Positions 19,446 through 31,184 are shown, numbered from the stretch's first letter. The stretch is 64,000 nucleotides of DNA from an uncultured Bacteriovoracaceae bacterium (GCA_964572865.1 CAZNGN010000009.1:4524-68523); one strand, 5' to 3'. Numbers and translations are program-made. The notes: generated by a model not told the origin, from the letters alone.

Positions 19446-21350
19446 TTACATTGAATCAATATAAGTATATTCGTTTAATCTTTGCTCATAATCATTGAGC
19501 AGGTCAACCCCTTCACGAGGTTTTAATGTTCCCGCTTTTACTTGAGCTTCGATGCTATTCTTTACTTGTTTAGCTAATTCAGAAGTATTGTATTGAATGG
19601 TATTCAAGATACTTGAAACAGTATTTCCTTGAATGATTTCTTCTATATAATATCCTGAAGGTTCTTCAACATCTTCAAAAACATGAACTTCATTTACGCG
19701 TCCAAACAAGTTATGAACGTCACCCATAATGTCTTGATAAGCACCCATTAAGAACATTCCTAAATAATAAGGGTGTCCATTAATTACGTGTAATGGGAGC
19801 GTATCTTTTACGTCTCTTAAATCAATAAACTTATCAACCTTACCATCTGAATCACATGTAATGTCAACAAGTGTTGACGATCGTGTTGGCTCTTCATTCA
19901 ATCGATGGATTGGTAAAATGGGAAACAAGTGTTGTATTGCCCAATGGTCAGGCGCACTTTGAAATAAAGAAAAGTTACATAAATATTGATCTGATAAGTG
20001 TTTTGCCATTTCATACAAATCTTCAGGTACATATTTTAAGCCTGACATTTGTTTTGATATCGAAAGACAAATTTTCCAAAATAAATTTTCAACTTTTGCT
20101 TTATCTTCTAAATCTAAGAATCCAAGCTTAAACATAGTAAAGGCTTCTTCTTTTCTATTTAAAGCATCGTGATAAGCTTCACCTAAATTTTTTGGAGATA
20201 AATTTGCTAAAATTTCACGCATCTCTAAAACCACATCGTTTTCATTCGGCGTCTGTTCAAGAGAAATCGGCGTAGCACCTACTTCGATGTTGCCGAATAC
20301 ATTCACAACCAAAACAGAGTGGTGTGCCACGAGCGCACGACCTGATTCAGATACAATGTTTGGCTCTGGAACTTCTTCTGCCGCACAAACTTCTTGAATC
20401 GTGTAAACGATGTCTGAAACATATTCTTGCATTGAGTAGTTGGTTGATGAATTAAACGAAGTGCGAGAGCCGTCGTAATCAACGCCTAAACCGCCGCCCA
20501 CATCTAAGAACTCAACATCAACACCCATTTTACGAAGCTTTGAATAAATACGTGCCGCTTCTTTGGTTGCGTCCTTAATTGTACGGATGTCAGTAATTTG
20601 AGAGCCTATGTGAAAGTGAACAAGCTTTATACAATCAAGCATGTTTTCTTCTTTTAATGTACGAACTGTGTGAAGAATTTCTGGTGTCGTTAATCCAAAT
20701 TTTGCAGCTTCTCCGCCCGAAGATTCCCACTTACCGCTACCTTTGGTTCTTAGCTTACAACGAATACCAATTTGTGGACGAACTCCAATTTCTTTTGAAA
20801 CTTTTAAGATTTGGGTGAGTTCAGTTAATTTTTCAACGATGATAATTACGCGCTTTCCAAGTTTCAAACCTTGAAGTGCGGTTTTAATGATCGAGTAATC
20901 TTTATATCCGTTACACAAAATTAAAGAGTCTGGATTATTATTCATCGCAATCGATGCGAGCAATTCTGCTTTTGAACCTGCCTCTAAACCAAACTGATAC
21001 GATGCACCTGCATCTAAAATTTCTTCAACTACTTCTCGGAGTTGATTTACTTTAATTGGATAAACGCCTTGATAACGTCCTTTGTAATTGTTTTCTTCAA
21101 TCGCTTTTTTGAAAGCTTCGTTCAAAGAAATCACTCTGTTTCTTAAAATATCTTGAAAGCGAATGAGAACGGGTAATTTAATTCCGCGTGATACAATGTC
21201 ATCAACTACATCTTTTAAATCGATTGATGGAATCGATGCTTGTCTTGGTTGTACTGTGAGGTTACCTTTTTGATTGATACCGAAATAGTGCAAACCCCAG
21301 TTTTCAATGTTGTAAGTTTTAAGTGAATCTTCGATTGACCAAACTTTCAA
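19446..21350 (-). CDS. speA: Biosynthetic arginine decarboxylase
   Basis: 634 aa. YPIKVNQ block and PLP-fold blocks of SpeA. Confidence 0.9.
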   Translation of the reverse strand: MKVWSIEDSLKTYNIENWGLHYFGINQKGNLTVQPRQASIPSIDLKDVVDDIVSRGIKLPVLIRFQDILRNRVISLNEAFKKAIEENNYKGRYQGVYPIKVNQLREVVEEILDAGASYQFGLEAGSKAELLASIAMNNNPDSLILCNGYKDYSIIKTALQGLKLGKRVIIIVEKLTELTQILKVSKEIGVRPQIGIRCKLRTKGSGKWESSGGEAAKFGLTTPEILHTVRTLKEENMLDCIKLVHFHIGSQITDIRTIKDATKEAARIYSKLRKMGVDVEFLDVGGGLGVDYDGSRTSFNSSTNYSMQEYVSDIVYTIQEVCAAEEVPEPNIVSESGRALVAHHSVLVVNVFGNIEVGATPISLEQTPNENDVVLEMREILANLSPKNLGEAYHDALNRKEEAFTMFKLGFLDLEDKAKVENLFWKICLSISKQMSGLKYVPEDLYEMAKHLSDQYLCNFSLFQSAPDHWAIQHLFPILPIHRLNEEPTRSSTLVDITCDSDGKVDKFIDLRDVKDTLPLHVINGHPYYLGMFLMGAYQDIMGDVHNLFGRVNEVHVFEDVEEPSGYYIEEIIQGNTVSSILNTIQYNTSELAKQVKNSIEAQVKAGTLKPREGVDLLNDYEQRLNEYTYIDSM

Positions 21351-21390
21351 TTCGCTAAGCTCCTTTTAAAAAGTACGTATTATGTTCTTC

Positions 21391-22026
21391 TTAAAACTTT
21401 GGTTCGAATGTGTAAATATGTTTTATGTTAATATGTTGATATCGGGTCCATTTTAATTTCATGCCCGCAAGCTGCAAAATGAGCTTAGTCTGACGTTCTT
21501 TTTCTTGGTTTTTGACTTTGTTGATCTCTCCCATGATGAATTTTTCCATCTCAACAGGGTGAAAACAGAATCCTTTAGAAAACTCAAAACTACCTTTAAA
21601 GGGAACTAAGCGTGCCTCAAAAATATCTCCAGGCATAAAGCCCGCATTGATCTCTGACTCTCTAACTTCGTGATTTTTCTTAGAAAATAGGTCTTTCACA
21701 TACACGTTTTTGCCTGAAACTTTATTTAAATAAAATATGGAATGAACCGTATTACAAAAGTCTTTATAGATTTGAGCTTCTTCTGCCGGAAGTTTTTCAG
21801 CATTCTGTCTATAATAATATTTTATGGGAGGAAGATCGATTCCGGGCATTTCACGATCAAAAATATACCAGTCCATGAATGTATTCATGCGGTTTTCAAA
21901 TTCTTGGTCGTCTTCGTAAACAACTCCAGCTCTTTCAAAGAACTCTTGTTTGGCTTTGAAAAGCTCATTGTAGTACTCGCCGGTTGAAAACATCTGGACG
22001 ACTGGTTCAAGATACTTTTGGTACAT
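21391..22026 (-). CDS. Hypothetical protein
   Basis: 211 aa, no recognisable motif. Lies between speA and carA. Confidence 0.45.
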   Translation of the reverse strand: MYQKYLEPVVQMFSTGEYYNELFKAKQEFFERAGVVYEDDQEFENRMNTFMDWYIFDREMPGIDLPPIKYYYRQNAEKLPAEEAQIYKDFCNTVHSIFYLNKVSGKNVYVKDLFSKKNHEVRESEINAGFMPGDIFEARLVPFKGSFEFSKGFCFHPVEMEKFIMGEINKVKNQEKERQTKLILQLAGMKLKWTRYQHINIKHIYTFEPKF

Positions 22027-22093
22027 GAAAATTAGTATAAACGGAGCTTAGAATTTTCCAACGCAAATTTTATTTTAAATGAAAAATTCAAAA

Positions 22094-23215
22094 TTAGGCA
22101 TTCATCATTGATACGAAACGATCAAATAAGTAGTCAGAATCATGTGGGCCTGGGGCTGATTCAGGATGATATTGAACAGAAAACGCTTTCTTTTCAATAC
22201 ATTCAAGCCCTTCACATGTTTTATCATTCAGGTTCACGTGGGTTACGCGCACTGACTTAGGCAGAGAGTCTGCGTCAACTGAGAATCCATGATTATGCGA
22301 AGAAATTTCAACTGACTTCTGCTCTACATTTAAAACAGGCTGATTCACTCCTCTGTGACCAAATTTCATTTTATAAGTTTTTCCACCTAGTGAAAGCGCT
22401 AAAATTTGGTGCCCCATACAAACGCCAAACACAGGTTTTTTACCTAAAATGTCTTTTACCATTTGGATGGCATAGGTTGCGGTCGCAGGATCTCCTGGTC
22501 CGTTTGAAAGAAATACGCCATCTGGCTTATAAGACTCAACTTCGGCAGCGGTAGACGTTGCAGGAAGAACCACAATCTTGCAATCTCGATGCTGTAACTC
22601 ACGAAGTAAATTTGTTTTTACTCCGAAATCTAGTGCCACAACGGTTTTTGATCCTTTTTCAGAAAACCAATATGGTTTTTTCGTAGACACTTCTTGAATG
22701 AGATCGCGGCCTAAAAAACTTGGATATCGAGAAAAAGTTTTTTCAATGTCTTTACCTATTTCTTCGCGTTCTTTTTTAGATAAAATCAAGCCTCGCATTG
22801 CACCTTTTGAACGTAAATGCAGAGTTAGCTTTCTTGTATCAATGCCAAACATTGCGGGAATATCGTGCTTTTTTAAATAGTCTTGCAATGAAATCTTAGA
22901 TGTGTGGTTCGAAGGCTTCAACGTATCTTCGACTACAATGAATCCAGCTACTTTGGGCCCGCCGACAGACTCATTATCATCATCATTTAAGCCATAATTG
23001 CCTTGGTGAGGATACGTCATGACCACAATTTGTTCATGATAACTTGTGTCGGTTAGCACTTCTTGGTAGCCGCACATTGCGGTATTAAAAATAATTTCGC
23101 CAAAACCTTTGCGGTTAGAGCCGAATCGGTATCCCCAAAATTCGGTTCCATCTTCACACAATAAAACCGTATTTGGTTCTTGTAAGAAGTCTTTAATGCT
23201 CATATTTACATACAC
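22094..23215 (-). CDS. carA: Carbamoyl-phosphate synthase small subunit
   Basis: GATase Cys block GVCMGHQ and the N-terminal CPSase small-chain domain. Confidence 0.9.
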   Translation of the reverse strand: MYVNMSIKDFLQEPNTVLLCEDGTEFWGYRFGSNRKGFGEIIFNTAMCGYQEVLTDTSYHEQIVVMTYPHQGNYGLNDDDNESVGGPKVAGFIVVEDTLKPSNHTSKISLQDYLKKHDIPAMFGIDTRKLTLHLRSKGAMRGLILSKKEREEIGKDIEKTFSRYPSFLGRDLIQEVSTKKPYWFSEKGSKTVVALDFGVKTNLLRELQHRDCKIVVLPATSTAAEVESYKPDGVFLSNGPGDPATATYAIQMVKDILGKKPVFGVCMGHQILALSLGGKTYKMKFGHRGVNQPVLNVEQKSVEISSHNHGFSVDADSLPKSVRVTHVNLNDKTCEGLECIEKKAFSVQYHPESAPGPHDSDYLFDRFVSMMNA

Positions 23216-24488
23216 CTTCTACAAATGTTGCGAAAACAATCCCTTTCATTTTCATTTTATGAAATGGAGAATTCTTGCTCTTAGAGTGCAGTTCTTTTGA
23301 ATTAAATTCAAATTCTTTTTTCGGATCTGCGAGCATAAAATCAGCTTTTGATCCTTCTTTTAAAGTTCCCACACCTAATTTAAAAATATTTGAAGGGCTT
23401 GAGCTCATTAATTCGATCATACGACTCATTGAGATTACTTTTTGATCGACCATTTTAATTCCCACTGAAAATAAACTCTCTAATCCCACCACACCGTTAG
23501 CAGCGTATTCAAACAGAACCTCTTTATCACGAGGAGCATGTGGTGCATGATCGGTAGCTATACAATCAATTGTACCGTCTCTTAATGCTTCTTTTAAAGC
23601 TTCGATGTCTTTTTCAGATCGTAAGGGTGGTGCCATTTTGAAGTTTGAGTCATATGACTGCACATCTTTGTCGGTAAACATTAAATGGTGCGGAGAAACT
23701 TCAGTTGTAATTTTTAATCCTTCTTTTTTAGCTTTTCGAATATGCTCTAAAGCCTGCCAAGTACTGATGTGAGCAAAGTGAACTCTGCCCTTGGTAAGCC
23801 TTGCCAAAGCGATGTCACGTGCCACAATAATTTCTTCAGCCTCATTTGGAATTCCACGAAGACCTAAGCAATTCGAATGAACCCCTTCGTTCATCACGCC
23901 TTGTCCAACTAAGTGTAAGTCTTCAGCGTGTGAAATGATCGGTAAATCAAAAGTTTTACAATAATCTAATGCTTTTCGCATTAAGTAAGAATTCATTACA
24001 GTGATACCGTCGTCAGACACTCCCACAATACCTGCTTCATACATTTTGCCAATTTCTGCAAGCGACTCACCTTTTAGTTCTTTTGAAAGTGCTCCGATCG
24101 GAAACACTCTTGCTTTTGCATATTGCTTAGCTTGAGACATGATGAATTGGGTTACGTATGGGTTGTCATTCACTGGTTTTGTATTTGCCATACAGCAAAC
24201 TGAAGTCACACCGCCCGCAACTGCAGCTAAGGTGCCCGTTTCAATCGTTTCTTTATATTCAGCGCCTGGCTCTCGCAAATGAACATGCACGTCTACAAGT
24301 CCTGGTGTGCACATCAAACCTTGGGCATCGAATACTTCACCTTTATAGTTTGCATTTTCACCAGGTTTTGAAACTTTTTTCACAATTCCGTTTTCAATGA
24401 TGATTTCAGCTGGAGCATCCCATTTTTGAGTTGGATCAACCAAATGAATGTTTTTTGTTATAAATGAATTCGTATTAGGAGTTTTCAT
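23193..24488 (-). CDS. pyrC: Dihydroorotase (class I, multifunctional-complex type)
   Basis: VDVHVHLREPG metal-binding HxH and DCIATDHAPH. Overlaps carA by 23 nt. Confidence 0.85.
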   Translation of the reverse strand: MKTPNTNSFITKNIHLVDPTQKWDAPAEIIIENGIVKKVSKPGENANYKGEVFDAQGLMCTPGLVDVHVHLREPGAEYKETIETGTLAAVAGGVTSVCCMANTKPVNDNPYVTQFIMSQAKQYAKARVFPIGALSKELKGESLAEIGKMYEAGIVGVSDDGITVMNSYLMRKALDYCKTFDLPIISHAEDLHLVGQGVMNEGVHSNCLGLRGIPNEAEEIIVARDIALARLTKGRVHFAHISTWQALEHIRKAKKEGLKITTEVSPHHLMFTDKDVQSYDSNFKMAPPLRSEKDIEALKEALRDGTIDCIATDHAPHAPRDKEVLFEYAANGVVGLESLFSVGIKMVDQKVISMSRMIELMSSSPSNIFKLGVGTLKEGSKADFMLADPKKEFEFNSKELHSKSKNSPFHKMKMKGIVFATFVEGVCKYEH

Positions 24489-25423
24489 GCGGAACCCCCC
24501 AAAATTAAATCCATTAACGCCATTCGCACGATCACTCCATTATTTACTTGGTTTAAAATTACAGAATATTCTCCATGTGCGATTTCTTGAGAAATTTCTA
24601 CTCCTTCATTAAGCGGACCTGGATGCATAATGATTGCACCTTTTTTCAAGCTTTTCACTGTTTCGTTGTTTAATCCCCAAAATCTAGAATATTCAGCAAG
24701 TGACGGAAATTGCATTTGGTTTTGACGCTCTAATTGAATTCGAAGCATCATCACAACATCTGCATCTTTGATTGCTTCTTTTAAATGATAGGTACAATCG
24801 ACTCCTAGTGATTCAATCGCTGGTGGAATCAAACTGGGCGGTCCACAAACGGTGACCTTAGCTCCCAATGTATTAAAACAGTTAATGCAAGACCTTGCGA
24901 CTCTCGAGTGAGCAATGTCGCCTACAATTGCAATTTTTAATCCTTTGCATGAACCTTTAGCTTCTTCAATAGTCATCACATCCAGTAGTGCTTGCGTGGG
25001 GTGTTCGTGAAAGCCATCACCAGCATTTATGATGGGAACATGAATGTGCTTTGCCAATTGATAAGGGGCGCCAGCAGAAGCGTGTCGCAAAATAAGTAAA
25101 TCTGGATCCATTGCTTCTAAGTTGCGAACTGTATCAAACAAGGTTTCACCTTTTACGGTTGAAGATCCTTCGGGAGAAAAATTTAATACATCTGCGCCCA
25201 ACCTTCGAGCAGCCAATTCAAACGAGGATCTCGTTCTGGTAGAAGGCTCAAAAAATAAATTTACAATTGTTTTACCTTTTAGCGTTTGGTGTGGAAATTC
25301 GGCAGAGCCTTTCCAACCTTTCCAAAGTTTTTTAATTTCTTTTGATTTCGTAATGATTTGAGAAATATCAGTGGCGGTTAAACTTTCAGTATCGATCAAA
25401 TTTCTATTTTTGAAATTCGACAT
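24485..25423 (-). CDS. pyrB: Aspartate carbamoyltransferase catalytic subunit
   Basis: STRTR carbamoyl-phosphate motif (EPSTRTRSSFE) and HPGP. Confidence 0.92.
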   Translation of the reverse strand: MSNFKNRNLIDTESLTATDISQIITKSKEIKKLWKGWKGSAEFPHQTLKGKTIVNLFFEPSTRTRSSFELAARRLGADVLNFSPEGSSTVKGETLFDTVRNLEAMDPDLLILRHASAGAPYQLAKHIHVPIINAGDGFHEHPTQALLDVMTIEEAKGSCKGLKIAIVGDIAHSRVARSCINCFNTLGAKVTVCGPPSLIPPAIESLGVDCTYHLKEAIKDADVVMMLRIQLERQNQMQFPSLAEYSRFWGLNNETVKSLKKGAIIMHPGPLNEGVEISQEIAHGEYSVILNQVNNGVIVRMALMDLILGGSA

Positions 25424-25433
25424 CTTTTCTTCC

Positions 25434-26087
25434 TTATTCGATTCGTTTTAAAATTCGATTCCAATGAATTTTTACTTTACCGTCTTCCCCCTGTGATTTT
25501 GAAAACCAAACAAATGAAGCTTTACCTTCAATCGTTGAGTTAAATACAAAACCCCAGTTACGACTATCTTGTCCTTTTGTTCTGCTATCGCCAAGTACAA
25601 ACATTTGTCCTTGTGGAACTTTTAAAGGGCTAACCTTTTTAAGCTGAGCAGCATCGTTGCCCCAGATTACTTTATAAGTATGTGAACCATTTTTCTCAAC
25701 AATTTCAGATTGGTTTTTTTCAATAGCAATAGATTTACCATTCACAAAAACTTCAGAATCTTTAATTTCCACTTCATCGCCCGAGACAGCAATGACTCTT
25801 TTTATAAATTCTTTTTTAGGATTATTGGGAAAGCTAAATACAATTACATCGCCACGTTCAGGATCTAAATCAGCTCCAAAAATTCCAAATTTTTTATAAG
25901 CCATTTTATTTACAAATATATAATCCCCAGCAAACAACGTGGGATGCATAAAGTCTGTTGGAATTTTAAATGCTTCTAGTACAAAGATGCGAAAAAAAAG
26001 TGCAGAAAAAGCGGCAATGAGTATTGCTGAGGTATACCCCTTCAGCATTGGACGAATGTGAGACCAAAATGTGTCTTTTTTATACAT
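25434..26087 (-). CDS. lepB: Signal peptidase I
   Basis: S26 family. GDSRTKGQDSRNWGFV box and N-terminal TM anchor. Confidence 0.85.
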   Translation of the reverse strand: MYKKDTFWSHIRPMLKGYTSAILIAAFSALFFRIFVLEAFKIPTDFMHPTLFAGDYIFVNKMAYKKFGIFGADLDPERGDVIVFSFPNNPKKEFIKRVIAVSGDEVEIKDSEVFVNGKSIAIEKNQSEIVEKNGSHTYKVIWGNDAAQLKKVSPLKVPQGQMFVLGDSRTKGQDSRNWGFVFNSTIEGKASFVWFSKSQGEDGKVKIHWNRILKRIE

Positions 26088-27910
26088 TAGTCAACTTTCA
26101 ATACTGCAAGAAACGCTTCTTGTGGAATTTCTACAGAACCCACTTGTTTCATGCGCTTCTTACCTTCTTTTTGTTTCTCTAAAAGTTTTCGTTTACGAGT
26201 GATGTCACCACCGTAACATTTTGCAGTCACATTTTTTCTTAATGCAGAAAGGTTTTCACGAGCAACCACTTTGCTACCAATGCAAGCTTGAATGGCAACT
26301 TCGAACATTTGTCGTTCAATTAACTCTTTCATTTTCTTAGCAAGATCTCGGCCCCTGTTTTGAGCCTTTGATTTATGAATCATGACAGACAAAGCATCCA
26401 CAACTTCGCCGTTGATCATGATATCAAGTTTCACAAGAGCGGACTCGCGATAGTCTATGAACTCGTAATCCATTGAAGCATAACCACGAGTAATAGATTT
26501 TAATTTATCAAAGAAATCAAAAACCATTTCAGAAAGTGGCATTTCATATTCAAGCATTACGCGATCAGACGTGATGTAATCAATTTTCTTTTGAAATCCT
26601 CTACGGTCTTCGCAAAGTGCAATCACACTTCCGACATATTCATTTGGTAAATGAATTGAAAGTCTAATGTATGGCTCTTCAATTTTTGCAATCAAAGCTG
26701 TATCTGGTAAATGAGACGGATTATCTACCATCGATTCTTCGCCGTTTGTTTTTGTAACTTTGTAAATCACAGATGGAGCGGTTGTGATCAAATTCATGTT
26801 GTATTCACGCTCTAAACGCTCTTGAACAACATCCATATGAAGAAGACCTAAAAATCCGCAGCGAAAGCCAAATCCTAATGCGCTTGATGTTTCTGGTTCA
26901 AATGTTAAGGCAGCATCATTGAGTTGCAATTTCTCTAACGACTCTTTGAGATCATTGTAATCAGACGCGTCTACTGGGTACACGCCTGCAAAAACCATAG
27001 GCTTTACTTCTTTAAACCCTGTGAGTGGTTCTAATATTTCTACACCCGCAGCTGCAATCGTGTCTCCCACTCTTGCGTCTCTAACGTCTTTAATTCCGCA
27101 AATAAAACAACCCACTTCACCAGATGACAACGTATCTACGTCTTTAAATTTGGGAGAAAACACTCCTAATTTTTGAACTTCAAATTCTTTTCCTACGTAA
27201 CACAATCGAATTCGATCACCTTTTGTAACTTTGCCATCAAAGACTCTCGCAAGAGCAACAACCCCTTGGTACGGATCAAACCAAGAATCAAATATAAGTG
27301 CGCGCAAAGGTTTATCGTCTTTGTTTTTTGGTGGTGGAAAATATGTAACTACACCTTCTAAAATATCATCGATGCCAATTCCAGATTTAGCTGAAGCTTT
27401 CACTGCATGAGAGGCATCAATTCCAATTACATCTTCAATTTCTTTTCGTACTCTCTCTGGCTCTGCCGAAGGAAGATCTACTTTGTTTAGCACTGGCAAA
27501 ATTTCTAAATTATTACTTAATGCCATGTAAACGTTTGCAAGCGTTTGTGCTTCTACACCTTGGGATGTGTCCACAACAAGTATTGCACCCTCACAAGCAG
27601 CAAGTGATCTTGATACTTCATAAGTAAAGTCAACGTGTCCAGGAGTATCGATCAAATTTAGATGGTAAGTGTTTCCATCTTTGGCTTTATAAGTAAGTCT
27701 AACCGTTTGAGCTTTGATTGTGATTCCACGCTCTTTTTCAATATCCATATTGTCTAGATATTGCGCTTCCATTTCACGTTGTGAAACGGTTCCTGTTCGT
27801 TCAATCAATCGATCGGCAAGCGTAGATTTGCCATGATCAATGTGTGCAATGATTGAAAAGTTTCTAATAAACTTATTCGGAAGATTTGAGGTGTTTTGTT
27901 TCTCAGACAT
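26087..27910 (-). CDS. lepA: Elongation factor 4 (LepA)
   Basis: [19 protein letters not shown]-domain plus the LepA C-terminal domain. Start placed at MSEKQ (27910) rather than the track start at 27976. Confidence 0.92.
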   Translation of the reverse strand: MSEKQNTSNLPNKFIRNFSIIAHIDHGKSTLADRLIERTGTVSQREMEAQYLDNMDIEKERGITIKAQTVRLTYKAKDGNTYHLNLIDTPGHVDFTYEVSRSLAACEGAILVVDTSQGVEAQTLANVYMALSNNLEILPVLNKVDLPSAEPERVRKEIEDVIGIDASHAVKASAKSGIGIDDILEGVVTYFPPPKNKDDKPLRALIFDSWFDPYQGVVALARVFDGKVTKGDRIRLCYVGKEFEVQKLGVFSPKFKDVDTLSSGEVGCFICGIKDVRDARVGDTIAAAGVEILEPLTGFKEVKPMVFAGVYPVDASDYNDLKESLEKLQLNDAALTFEPETSSALGFGFRCGFLGLLHMDVVQERLEREYNMNLITTAPSVIYKVTKTNGEESMVDNPSHLPDTALIAKIEEPYIRLSIHLPNEYVGSVIALCEDRRGFQKKIDYITSDRVMLEYEMPLSEMVFDFFDKLKSITRGYASMDYEFIDYRESALVKLDIMINGEVVDALSVMIHKSKAQNRGRDLAKKMKELIERQMFEVAIQACIGSKVVARENLSALRKNVTAKCYGGDITRKRKLLEKQKEGKKRMKQVGSVEIPQEAFLAVLKVD

Positions 27911-27964
27911 TTTTATGATCACTATCATTTTCATTACCCAATGGGAAGTGAGCATGATAGTCAG

Positions 27965-29131
27965 ATGCCCATGCAAACATATAAAGTTGGCGATTTTATT
28001 GAACTCACAACGGAACGGATGAGCTTTGGGCCTGCTGCGGTGGGTAGACTTGAAGATGGAATCGTAATATTTGTTTTAGGTGCTGCGCCCCAAGAAAAGG
28101 TTCGCGCTCGAATTACAAAAATGCATAAAAATTACTATGATGCTGAAATCGTTGATATTTTGAAAAAATCAACCCATCGCGTTGAACCTAAATGTTCTGT
28201 TTTCAATGAATGTGGCGGCTGCCAGTGGCAGCACATACAATATTCAGATCAAGTAGAATTCAAAAAAGAGATTCTTTTACATCAAATTCACAAAACAACT
28301 CGCTTAGATTTAGAAAAACTTCGATCTATAACTTCAACTCATGCAGCTCCTAATCCATTTGGCTACCGCACCCGAATTCAAGTTCGGGCTGAAAATAATC
28401 AAATTGGATTTTTTAAGCCCGGCTCGCGCAACTTAGTAAACGTTGAAAAGTGCGAAGTTGCACATCCCAAAATTCAAAAAAAATGGGCAACATTTAAACG
28501 TGAAAAGTTAGAGGAATTACAAAAAGAATTCGAAAAAATAAAAATCGAATGGTCTCTCAACAATGATGAGAGCATTTCTGAAGCGATCAATCGTGAACAC
28601 GCAGCTCATGGCTTTACACAAGTGAATCCAGAACAAAACAAAGTGATGCAAAACATTGTTCGAGAACTTTCTTTAATTTCAAAAAATAAACTTTGTATGT
28701 TTGACTTGTATGGCGGAGATGGAAATCTTTCTCAAAATTTAGAAAAAGATTTTGAAACCATTTTTACTGTGGATGCATTCAACCAAGGTGAATCATTAGA
28801 TAAAATAATTCAAAATGAAAAAAAACATTGGATAGTCCATTCTCGTGTGGATGAGTTTTTAAAATCAAAAATATGGAAAAAGTTTGGATACTCAAAACCT
28901 GACGTCGTGATCGCTGATCCTTCCAGAAATGGTTTAGAAGAAGACGCACTTTATATTTCTAAGTTAAATGCTGAAAATGTAATTCTTGTTTCATGTGAGC
29001 CATCAAAACTATCTCGAGACTTACTTCCATTTTTAAAATCATATGAAATCTCAAAAATTGATCTTGTAGATATGTTTCCTCAAACCTATCACATTGAATC
29101 GATTGTACATTTATCTAAGATCAAAGCTTGA
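27965..29131 (+). CDS. rlmD: 23S rRNA (uracil-C5)-methyltransferase RlmD/RumA family
   Basis: TRAM domain, Cys cluster [14 protein letters not shown] and SAM motif [10 protein letters not shown]. The start is ambiguous (track 27896; Met at 27941 or 27965 is more likely). Confidence 0.8.
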   Translation: MPMQTYKVGDFIELTTERMSFGPAAVGRLEDGIVIFVLGAAPQEKVRARITKMHKNYYDAEIVDILKKSTHRVEPKCSVFNECGGCQWQHIQYSDQVEFKKEILLHQIHKTTRLDLEKLRSITSTHAAPNPFGYRTRIQVRAENNQIGFFKPGSRNLVNVEKCEVAHPKIQKKWATFKREKLEELQKEFEKIKIEWSLNNDESISEAINREHAAHGFTQVNPEQNKVMQNIVRELSLISKNKLCMFDLYGGDGNLSQNLEKDFETIFTVDAFNQGESLDKIIQNEKKHWIVHSRVDEFLKSKIWKKFGYSKPDVVIADPSRNGLEEDALYISKLNAENVILVSCEPSKLSRDLLPFLKSYEISKIDLVDMFPQTYHIESIVHLSKIKA

Positions 29132-29165
29132 CTTGAGTGATCAAACTTTTTACTCTATCTACTGT

Positions 29166-29921
29166 ATGAAAAAACTATATTTTCTCAGCGTATTACTTAT
29201 TGCTTTGATTGGATGTTCTACAGGAGAAGTTAAAGAGAAAACTCCACAAGAACTTTCTGATCTTTATACCGACATGGGAACAAGCTCATTGTTGCGAGGT
29301 GAGTTTCCAAAAGCAGTTGAAGACTTGAGAAAAGCACTTAAATTAAATCCAGTGAATGCCGTTGCACGTGCGCACTTAGGTTTGGCTTACTTTTCTTTAG
29401 GAAGAAAACAAGAAGGTAAAGCAGAACTTCAAAGATCCGTTATCGATGACCCAAAATATTCAGATGGGTTTGTAAATTTAGGATCAATAGCAGCAGAAGA
29501 AAAAAACTATACTTTGGCAAAACACTATTACAAAAAAGCATTAGAAAATTTAGAGTATAAATATCGCCATAGAGCTTTAACAAGTCTTTCACAGGTTTAC
29601 TTTCAAGAAGGTAACTTGATAGATGCAAAGTTTTATTTACAACAGTCTTTGACTTTGAATCCTGACTACTGTCAGTCAAATTTTTTATCTGGGTCAATTT
29701 CAATGCGTGAAAAAAATTATTCTGCAGCAAATATTTCATTTAAAAAATCGGTTTCTAAATTATGTGCTGGCAATCTAGAAGGGGTTTATCAATTAGGTCT
29801 TTCTTACTACCGTTTAAAACAGTTTCAAAAAGCTAAACAACAGTTCATGAGCTTAATTGAAAACAATCCACAATCTATGCAAGCTCAAGCAGCAGGCAAT
29901 TTATTGAAAGAGATTCCTTAA
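29166..29921 (+). CDS. TPR-repeat lipoprotein
   Basis: Lipobox LIGCST after the internal Met, with multiple TPR-like repeats. The track start at 29094 is probably too early. Confidence 0.6.
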   Translation: MKKLYFLSVLLIALIGCSTGEVKEKTPQELSDLYTDMGTSSLLRGEFPKAVEDLRKALKLNPVNAVARAHLGLAYFSLGRKQEGKAELQRSVIDDPKYSDGFVNLGSIAAEEKNYTLAKHYYKKALENLEYKYRHRALTSLSQVYFQEGNLIDAKFYLQQSLTLNPDYCQSNFLSGSISMREKNYSAANISFKKSVSKLCAGNLEGVYQLGLSYYRLKQFQKAKQQFMSLIENNPQSMQAQAAGNLLKEIP

Positions 29922-29924
29922 TTA

Positions 29925-31184
29925 ATGGAAACCAATAGCACTCACTCAATAGGACTAGGCGAGTTTCTAAGATCTGAACGTGAAAAGCGTGCTATTTCGA
30001 TCGAACAAGTAGCTTCTGCAACCAAAATTAATTTAAAATTACTTTTAGCTTTAGAGTCTGATGACTATGAACAACTTCCTGCAAAACCTTTTGTTCGAGG
30101 TTTTGTAACCAGTTACTCTAAATATTTAGGTATCAATGCTGAAGAAATATTAATCAAATTTGATTCATATCTTGATGAAAAAACAGCAAGAAAATTTAGA
30201 CGTCCTGAAGATGCTCCCCATATTTTTGTAGATAAAGGGGACGCAGCTGATCGAAGTCAAATGATTTTAAAAATCACAATGGTTGGCTTTGTGTTAGCAG
30301 GTATAATTTTGATTTTAGTATTTAAACCTGCTTTAAAACATAAAAAAAATCGATCTAAAAATGCTCAAGTTGTTACTACAGAAGAATTATCAAATCCAAA
30401 TAATACAAGCGTGCCTAATCCAAACGCAAGTTTAATTAGTCCACTTACTCCTGAGTCAGATCAAAAAGAATCTGAAATAGCTAAAACTAGTGTTAAGAAT
30501 GACGAAGTTAAAAAAATTGAAGAGAAAAAAGTTGAATCAGTAAAAGCTGCACCGACTGCGACTGCGACTGCGACTGCGACTCCAACTCCGACACCAACAC
30601 CAACGCCAACGCCGACGCCGACGCCGAAACCAACACCAACACCAACACCAACGCCGAAACCAACTCCGACACCAACGCCGAAACCTACCCCTACACCTAA
30701 ACCAACTCCGACTCCTAGTCCAAGCCCTTCAACGACACCGACGCCGAAACCATCCCCTAAACCTTCTCCGTCTCCATCAGTTACTCCAACTGCAAAACCT
30801 GATGTAAAAAAAGAAGAAACTAAAATTGAAGAGACTAAAAAAGATCCTTACTCTATTCCTTCGAAAGAAGTAAAAGTGAAATTAGTGATTAGAGCGATCG
30901 ATAATGCTTGGATTAAATATCAATCTGATAATAGTCCACTCAAACAATATACTTTGAAAAAAGATCAAAAAATTTATGTAAAAGGACGTGAAAGCGTTCG
31001 CTTTTCATCTGGAAACGGCAAAGCTTTAGAATATTCTTATGATGGATATACCTTTAAACCTTATCCTGTAGGAAAAGTAATTGTTTTACCTGTTGAAAAA
31101 GAATCTGAATTTGCGGAAAAGCCTTTTGTTGATGTACCCAAAGAATCTGAACCTAAACCTGCCGCAACGCCAACAACAAATTAA
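29925..31184 (+). CDS. rodZ: Cytoskeleton protein RodZ-like (HTH - TM - Pro/Thr linker - C-terminal DUF4115-like domain)
   Basis: N-terminal XRE-type HTH ([25 protein letters not shown]), a single TM helix, a (TA)n/(TP)n/KPTPTP linker and a conserved C-terminal beta-domain. Confidence 0.7.
   Translation: METNSTHSIGLGEFLRSEREKRAISIEQVASATKINLKLLLALESDDYEQLPAKPFVRGFVTSYSKYLGINAEEILIKFDSYLDEKTARKFRRPEDAPHIFVDKGDAADRSQMILKITMVGFVLAGIILILVFKPALKHKKNRSKNAQVVTTEELSNPNNTSVPNPNASLISPLTPESDQKESEIAKTSVKNDEVKKIEEKKVESVKAAPTATATATATPTPTPTPTPTPTPTPKPTPTPTPTPKPTPTPTPKPTPTPKPTPTPSPSPSTTPTPKPSPKPSPSPSVTPTAKPDVKKEETKIEETKKDPYSIPSKEVKVKLVIRAIDNAWIKYQSDNSPLKQYTLKKDQKIYVKGRESVRFSSGNGKALEYSYDGYTFKPYPVGKVIVLPVEKESEFAEKPFVDVPKESEPKPAATPTTN
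30552..30780 (+). repeat. Imperfect hexanucleotide tandem repeat (ACTGCG/ACNCCN)n encoding the [18 protein letters not shown] linker
   Basis: Direct reading: gcgactgcgactgcgactgcgac then (ccaacN)n. Confidence 0.8.

Noticed and set aside
30552-30780. CRISPR-like or other interspersed repeat array
   Set aside because: The repeats are contiguous hexamers inside a coding region (a Pro/Thr linker), with no spacers. No CRISPR arrays or cas genes were seen anywhere in the window.
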